DNA of 64,000 bases from Candidatus Levybacteria bacterium GW2011_GWA1_37_16 (GTDB taxonomy: Bacteria; Patescibacteriota; Microgenomatia; Levybacterales; UBA12049). Positions 58,798 to 64,000 of the stretch are shown here, piece by piece. Below the pieces are notes generated by a model. The model had not been told where the DNA came from, did not search any database, and saw only the letters and a list, made by a program, of their open reading frames with translations. Location of the stretch: assembly GCA_943357985.1 (NCBI GenBank), contig CALRGR010000003.1, positions 6,496 to 70,495 on the forward strand. The letters are read 5' to 3'. Numbering within the stretch: the first letter of the stretch is position 1; each line of letters begins with the position of its first letter. The translations under genes and the position numbers were made by a program.

Positions 58798-59241
58798 TTA
58801 AAGGGATTCTTCTACTTGGAAGACATTTCCGTCTATTTTTGTGACTTTTACGACAATTTTTATATTACTGACTCCTTCATCATAGTGACAGACATCCGAA
58901 CAAGTTCCAAGAGTAATTTCTTTTGTTATTTTCTTGCCTGCAACCACATCTACGTGGCCAATTGCACCGCGTGGAATCTCTCCTGTTGAAGTATAGGAAA
59001 GCTCATAGTCAATAGATGCTATATCATCTGTCTTGTCAATTTCCAGGATTACTTTCTTTCCGTCTGCAGACATGAAAAGCATCAAGCCAATATCTTCCGG
59101 CTTAAGAGTAGCTATTGTTTGCTCCTGAGTCTGAGTAACAGGCGCTATTGCAGACTTTCTAGTAACTAAATAAACTCCTCCGACAATGAGAACTATTACG
59201 AGCGCTGCAACGCCAATTAAAATATTTTTATTATTTCTCAC
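58798..59241 (-). CDS. Hypothetical membrane-anchored protein (147 aa)
   Basis: N-terminal TM helix, and beta-rich after that. No motifs recognised. Confidence 0.4.
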   Translation of the reverse strand: MRNNKNILIGVAALVIVLIVGGVYLVTRKSAIAPVTQTQEQTIATLKPEDIGLMLFMSADGKKVILEIDKTDDIASIDYELSYTSTGEIPRGAIGHVDVVAGKKITKEITLGTCSDVCHYDEGVSNIKIVVKVTKIDGNVFQVEESL

Positions 59242-59272
59242 TAATTATTTATTACAAATAAAACAAAGGAAG

Positions 59273-60745
59273 TCAAGAGACATGTTGCATTTCATTAATT
59301 TTTACTATTGTATCTGAGACTTTAGTCGGATATCTACCTGTAAAACATCCCCCGCAAAAACCATTTTGCTCAAAAATATCCCCTTCGATCTCAACCGGAT
59401 TACCCAACGCAGCTTCAAGCAGCTCTGCTTCGCTCAAATAATAAAGACTATCGAGCCCTAAATACTTTCTTCTTTCTTCAATATCCGGCATTTTATGCGC
59501 AAGTACTTCATCTTTTCCAAAATCTACTCCGTAAAAACACCCATCCTCTATAGGAGGAGAAGCAATCAAAGCATGTACTTCTCTTGCTCCCGCTTCTCTT
59601 AATTTTTCAACCACAATTCTTAAAGACCCTCTTACTAAGGAATCGTCTACCAAAACTACTCTCTTACCACGAACGACGGCTTCATTTATACTGTACTTTT
59701 GTGTAGCAGCTTTATCTCTTCCATTGGGCTGGATGAATGTTCTTGGACCATCCACAACATTTCTGTATGGATTTGTATATATGCCATCAATGTATGGAAT
59801 CTTTTTTTCTTTTGCTATTTCAGAGCTGGCAACTCCTTGAGCCGCACTTATACCGGATCTGGGAACAGGCATGATTACGTCAACATCCGGCATATGCCTT
59901 GATAAAATTTCTCCTTCTCTTAATCTAAATTCAACAACGGAAATACCAAATACATTACTATCCGGCCTAGATATATATATAAGTTCAAAAATACATTGAG
60001 CAAGATTGGCATCTTCTCTTTTGCCGATAGTTTTTACTCCGTCATCGTCTATCATGATGGTTTCCCCCGGAAGAACATCTCTTATAAATTCCGTTCCCGT
60101 AGAAAAACCTGATGTTTCAGACATAACTATATATCCGCCCGAATCCCTTAACCTTCCTATCGACAAAGGTCTGAATCCGTGCGGATCTCTACTTGCAAAT
60201 AAGGCGTCTTTTGTTGCAAAAACCATACTGTATGCACCTTCAAACTGTTCTACTCCTTTAACAATTTTCTCTCCTGCATCTCCTTCCATTTCATTAATCA
60301 CTGCAAGAGCAATTCTGGTATCACTCCTTGATCCATCAATTTCTTCTGCAATATCATATTTCCTGCGAAGCTCTTCTATATTTGTTAAATTACCATTATG
60401 TGCTATACCTATCCCATCATCTAAAAACGGCTGTAATTCTTCCAAAGAACCGGAAGTAGAATAACGATTATGACCAATACCAATAACTGCGTTATCTAAA
60501 TTCGGAAGCACATTTATCATTCCAAAAACAATAGAAGCAAGCCCTGCCCCTTTAGTTAAAACTATTTCTTCACCGTCCGTAATCAAAATCCCAGAACCTT
60601 CTTGTCCACGATGATTTAATTCAATCAATCCATTAAATACTGAAGACGAAATATCATAGGTTCTTGAAAAAATACCAACAACGGCACAGTTATCTTGGGG
60701 TTTTTCAACTGACTCATGAAATAGAAGACTTTCTGTCCTAGGCAT
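59273..60745 (-). CDS. purF: Amidophosphoribosyltransferase-like (class II glutamine amidotransferase + PRTase)
   Basis: N-terminal nucleophile Cys (DNCAVVGIF), PRTase motif VVLVDDSLVRGS, and C-terminal Cys ligands (CFYGVDF, CGGCF) consistent with a 4Fe-4S PurF. Confidence 0.75.
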   Translation of the reverse strand: MPRTESLLFHESVEKPQDNCAVVGIFSRTYDISSSVFNGLIELNHRGQEGSGILITDGEEIVLTKGAGLASIVFGMINVLPNLDNAVIGIGHNRYSTSGSLEELQPFLDDGIGIAHNGNLTNIEELRRKYDIAEEIDGSRSDTRIALAVINEMEGDAGEKIVKGVEQFEGAYSMVFATKDALFASRDPHGFRPLSIGRLRDSGGYIVMSETSGFSTGTEFIRDVLPGETIMIDDDGVKTIGKREDANLAQCIFELIYISRPDSNVFGISVVEFRLREGEILSRHMPDVDVIMPVPRSGISAAQGVASSEIAKEKKIPYIDGIYTNPYRNVVDGPRTFIQPNGRDKAATQKYSINEAVVRGKRVVLVDDSLVRGSLRIVVEKLREAGAREVHALIASPPIEDGCFYGVDFGKDEVLAHKMPDIEERRKYLGLDSLYYLSEAELLEAALGNPVEIEGDIFEQNGFCGGCFTGRYPTKVSDTIVKINEMQHVS

Positions 60746-62111
60746 CTAGATTATTTTGGATAAATTCGGAAACAGAATCAATGCTAATTCTTTCCTGTTT
60801 TGCAGTGTCTCTGTCTCTTACGGTTATTGTAACATCCTGCAGCGTTTGAAAGTCAATAGTCAAACAATAGGGTGTTCCTATTTCATCCTGATAAAGATAT
60901 CTTTTTCCTATATTTCCCCTATCATCCCAATAAGTAGGAAAGTTTTTTCTTAAGTCTTCATAAACTTTCTTTGCTTTTTCAACCAGCTCCGGCTTATTTG
61001 CAAGAAGCGGGAAAACTGCTGCTTTGTACGGAGCAATCTTTGGAGAAAGTTTCAAAACAACTCTGCCTTCAATTTCCGAGTAAGCATCGCAAAGAACTGT
61101 TAGAAGTAAGCGATTGATGCCTACTGCAGGCTCTATAACATGAGGCGCAATTTTCTTACCGCTTTGCGGATCTGTGATTGATAAATCTTGTTTGGAAAAT
61201 TTTGAATGCTGTTTTAAATCATAGTCGGTTCTATATGCCAGTCCCCAAAGCTCCTTAAAGCCAAAAGGAAATTCATACTCCAAATCCACAGTTCTCTTAC
61301 TGTAAAACGAGCGCTCTTTATCATCATGCTCACGCCATTTAAGCTTGTCTTTTGAAACACCAAGAGTTTCTGTAACAAAAGCAAACATCTGTTTTTTCCA
61401 GTTTTCAAAAAGCTCTTGCCAATCACTAACTTCCGGGTCAAAAAAATATTCTATTTCTCCCTGTTCAAATTCCAATGTTCTAAAAACAGAATTTCCGGGA
61501 GTTATTTCATTTCTAAAACTTTTTCCAAGCTGTGCAATACCAAAAGGCAATTTAACCCGCGTTGAATCTACAACATTTTTGAAGTTTATAAACATTCCCT
61601 GAGCTGTTTCTCCCCGTAAATACGCCAACGACTGATCACCTTCAATAATTCCTAAGTTTACGGGAAACAGCAGATTGAACTTGCGTACTTCTGTCCAGTT
61701 AAATTTGCCGCAGTTTGGACAAGCTATTCTTCTATCTCTTATAATTTCTGATAACTTTTCTTCATTTAATCCCTCTGAATTTTCTTTTGTACTATCTTCT
61801 ATCAAATGGTCGGCGCGCATTCTAAGTTTACAGTTTTTACAGTCAACCAATGCATCTGCAAATCCGGTTGCGTGACCCGAAGCCTTCCACACTTCCTGAT
61901 GAGAAATAAGACTGGCATCAATTCCTACAATGTCCGTCTTTTTATGGACAAAATTATCCCACCAAAGATTTCTTATGTTTCTGAGCAACTCTGCTCCTAC
62001 AGGACCGTAATCATATGTGTTGGCAAGTCCTCCGTAAATTTCACTTCCAGGGAAAATAAAACCCCTTCTTTTGGAAAGGGAAACGATTTTATCCATTAAA
62101 TTATCTGTCAT
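60738..62111 (-). CDS. glyQS: Glycyl-tRNA synthetase (alpha2 type, class II)
   Basis: N-terminus IVSLSKRRGFIFPGSEIYGG, class II motifs, and an insertion zinc knuckle. Confidence 0.85.
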   Translation of the reverse strand: MTDNLMDKIVSLSKRRGFIFPGSEIYGGLANTYDYGPVGAELLRNIRNLWWDNFVHKKTDIVGIDASLISHQEVWKASGHATGFADALVDCKNCKLRMRADHLIEDSTKENSEGLNEEKLSEIIRDRRIACPNCGKFNWTEVRKFNLLFPVNLGIIEGDQSLAYLRGETAQGMFINFKNVVDSTRVKLPFGIAQLGKSFRNEITPGNSVFRTLEFEQGEIEYFFDPEVSDWQELFENWKKQMFAFVTETLGVSKDKLKWREHDDKERSFYSKRTVDLEYEFPFGFKELWGLAYRTDYDLKQHSKFSKQDLSITDPQSGKKIAPHVIEPAVGINRLLLTVLCDAYSEIEGRVVLKLSPKIAPYKAAVFPLLANKPELVEKAKKVYEDLRKNFPTYWDDRGNIGKRYLYQDEIGTPYCLTIDFQTLQDVTITVRDRDTAKQERISIDSVSEFIQNNLDA

Positions 62112-62114
62112 ATA

Positions 62115-62648
62115 TTAGTCAAAAAAAGGAAACATTCTCCTTGTCTTAAGACGTCTTTCAAGTATTTCTTCAATTAGCCCCTGTGTATTTACCAAATGCG
62201 TCTGGTGCGAAAAGCCCAAAGCGCTAAGAAGCTGCTTTTCAAAAGCAGAAATTAAAACTACATGATCTTCTCTGCTTTCTAGCTTTGACAAAACATCGCA
62301 AAGAAGAGAGAAAACTTGCGAGTTTTCCTGATTTTCTGCACAAAGACTATCTACGAGTTCACAAATATGATACGCAAAACCAACACTTTTAAGATTATCT
62401 TTAACACTTGAAAAGTTATCTATAGTTTCTACTTCTGTGAGCGTAGACATTGAACGGCCTTTATAAAGAGACAAAGAAACCAAGTTTAAAAGTTCTATAT
62501 GACCGGATCTTCTGCTTGAAATTTTCCTGACTCCTTTTGCCTGTATGGTAATTTTTCCGTGGTGTTTTGTGAAAACTGTCAAAAGCCTGTCTGCTTCTCC
62601 TATGTTTCTTCTTCTTATTACAACTCCTGTTGTTTTATAACTTCTCAT
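62115..62648 (-). CDS. recO: DNA repair protein RecO (short form)
   Basis: N-terminal OB-fold region (VVIRRRNIGEADRLLTVFTKHHGKI) and Cys residues in the C-terminal half. Confidence 0.65.
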   Translation of the reverse strand: MRSYKTTGVVIRRRNIGEADRLLTVFTKHHGKITIQAKGVRKISSRRSGHIELLNLVSLSLYKGRSMSTLTEVETIDNFSSVKDNLKSVGFAYHICELVDSLCAENQENSQVFSLLCDVLSKLESREDHVVLISAFEKQLLSALGFSHQTHLVNTQGLIEEILERRLKTRRMFPFFD

Positions 62649-64000
62649 TTGGAAATCTTAAACTCTTTGTCTGTCAGAAGCGGGAACTCTGATTTCTTAC
62701 TGCCATTTACTTTAATTGTATATTGGTCAGAATATGTTCCTGGCTGCTTTTGGATAAGAACTGGAAAATCCGGAACAAACTTAACGCTTGCCGGCAGTTT
62801 ATATGAGATAGTAAATTTAGCTGATCCCTGAGGTCTTACCATTATAACTGCCTCATATACGGTTTTACCCAGCTCCTCATACATTTTTAACTTTACTTCC
62901 GATCCCTTGCTATCAACAAGAGTTGAACCTTTTGGAACATAAATCCTAAGCCAATCCCTAAGGACTGCATTTAGACAAAGATTGCCCCGCTCAAGATTAC
63001 AGTCTGAAGCCCTGTACGGATTTTTCCAATCAATAGTAACCGTTTTTATAATTGACCCATCGCTTACTTTGTAATCTGTAGTTACCGATTTTGTTACAAA
63101 AATATTTGACTTTGCGCCTCCAAAATTTGCCTCATTTATGTGAAGATAGTCTCCATCAAAAGTTTTTATAACTCCATCCGCGTTAATTGCATGAATTCCC
63201 TTCTGCGCTCCGCTGTCATACAGATTAAATAAAACATGTTTTTCGTTGATTTTAGCTATAAGATCCTGCATTAGAGGACCCCAATAAATTTTTGGAGAAG
63301 ATTTCAAGGCCTTATCCATAATTGCATACATCAAATCTCCAATAATTGCTTTTCTCCCCGCCTGAATTGCCGCAAGATTTGAAACCTTAATGTCAACATT
63401 TAAAGGCGTACTAATATTATCTTCCAGAGCGTAAATTACCTGTGGACAATCACATCTTTTGTCTATTTTTGTGGTAAACGTCATGCCTGCTGCAGAAACA
63501 CTGTCATCAAGTATTTTTATTGTTGAGACTAAAACGGAAGTATCAACAGCAATTATTCCATCAACCTTAACTTTTCCGGATGCCTTGTCATATATAGAAT
63601 TAAACGTTTTCATGGACTCTATAAAATCAGGAGAAAGATTTGAATCTCTAAGATTTAGAACGTTAACTTTTAAGTAGTCCACCAACACTTGCGGAGCTTT
63701 TGGCTTGCCAGGAATACCATTGTCTAAGTTGTAAATGTTATCCGATTTGTCTACGTGAATTACTCCTTTATCCAACCTAAATATTGAGTATGCTGTTATA
63801 AAACCTCCTGTAGGCCTTAACTCTTTATCATTTTGAAATATAACAAGATATTTTTTAGGCGTACTTGCACCCAACAGATCCGGCAATACTTTTATAAGAG
63901 GCTTTGCTTCTTTAACAAAACTTACTCCTGAGGCTAGAGATTTTTCAAGAGCCACCAAGCTATCGTGTGCTTTTTTAAGACCAAGGAAAGAATAGTAGTG
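62645..64000 (-). CDS. Hypothetical secreted protein, DUF4012-like (5'-partial; the frame stays open to the window end)
   Basis: Large beta-rich ORF. The annotated start is a TTG and there is no in-frame stop before position 64000. Confidence 0.35.
   Translation of the reverse strand, partial: HYYSFLGLKKAHDSLVALEKSLASGVSFVKEAKPLIKVLPDLLGASTPKKYLVIFQNDKELRPTGGFITAYSIFRLDKGVIHVDKSDNIYNLDNGIPGKPKAPQVLVDYLKVNVLNLRDSNLSPDFIESMKTFNSIYDKASGKVKVDGIIAVDTSVLVSTIKILDDSVSAAGMTFTTKIDKRCDCPQVIYALEDNISTPLNVDIKVSNLAAIQAGRKAIIGDLMYAIMDKALKSSPKIYWGPLMQDLIAKINEKHVLFNLYDSGAQKGIHAINADGVIKTFDGDYLHINEANFGGAKSNIFVTKSVTTDYKVSDGSIIKTVTIDWKNPYRASDCNLERGNLCLNAVLRDWLRIYVPKGSTLVDSKGSEVKLKMYEELGKTVYEAVIMVRPQGSAKFTISYKLPASVKFVPDFPVLIQKQPGTYSDQYTIKVNGSKKSEFPLLTDKEFKISK

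Noticed and set aside
58756-58989. 77-aa plus-strand ORF upstream of mraZ
   Set aside because: It overlaps the better-supported 147-aa minus-strand membrane protein and has no features of its own.

Overview
This is a low-GC, gene-dense bacterial window, mostly core housekeeping genes. The gene content (MurT/GatD, GatCAB, a compact ATP synthase operon without atpI, a reduced cell-division/cell-wall (dcw) cluster, many small hypothetical membrane proteins) suggests a Patescibacteria/CPR-like genome, but that is inference only. Core genes: a 5'-partial PHP-domain protein, lemA-htpX, murT-gatD, gatCAB, dnaE, the atpBEF(H)AGDC F0F1 operon, an OPRT-like gene, tRNA-Thr, a surface-glycan locus (O-antigen-ligase-like, 3xGT2, GT4, Wzx) bounded by tRNA-Val plus a tRNA 5'-half fragment, lepB, parB, rpmA-rplU, a SEDS protein, ileS-like aaRS, an L,D-transpeptidase, a VanW-like protein, an MFS transporter, a long minus-strand dcw cluster (mraZ-rsmH-ftsL-ftsI ... 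murF-murE-murC-murA-glmU-HAD-glmS ... mraY-ftsW-murG-ftsQ-ftsA-ftsZ), purF, glyQS, recO and a 5'-partial DUF4012-like gene. The most interesting observation is that the dcw cluster is interrupted twice by accessory DNA. Insertion 1 (about 40.3-43.8 kb) carries an operon of a DUF2130-like coiled-coil PD-(D/E)XK nuclease plus a Cas4/RecB-like nuclease, convergent with a protein made of three topoisomerase-type zinc ribbons, plus a gene remnant flanked by direct repeats. Insertion 2 (about 52.5-55.3 kb) carries a type IB topoisomerase, an RGG-rich dual zinc-ribbon protein, two internally deleted remnants of a close paralogue of the insertion-1 Cas4-like nuclease, a DNA-methyltransferase-like remnant, and a candidate small RNA with a consensus promoter and an intrinsic terminator. 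Together these look like a recurrent, partly decayed, nuclease-based (defence-like) module. No CRISPR array, rRNA or obvious transposase was seen.
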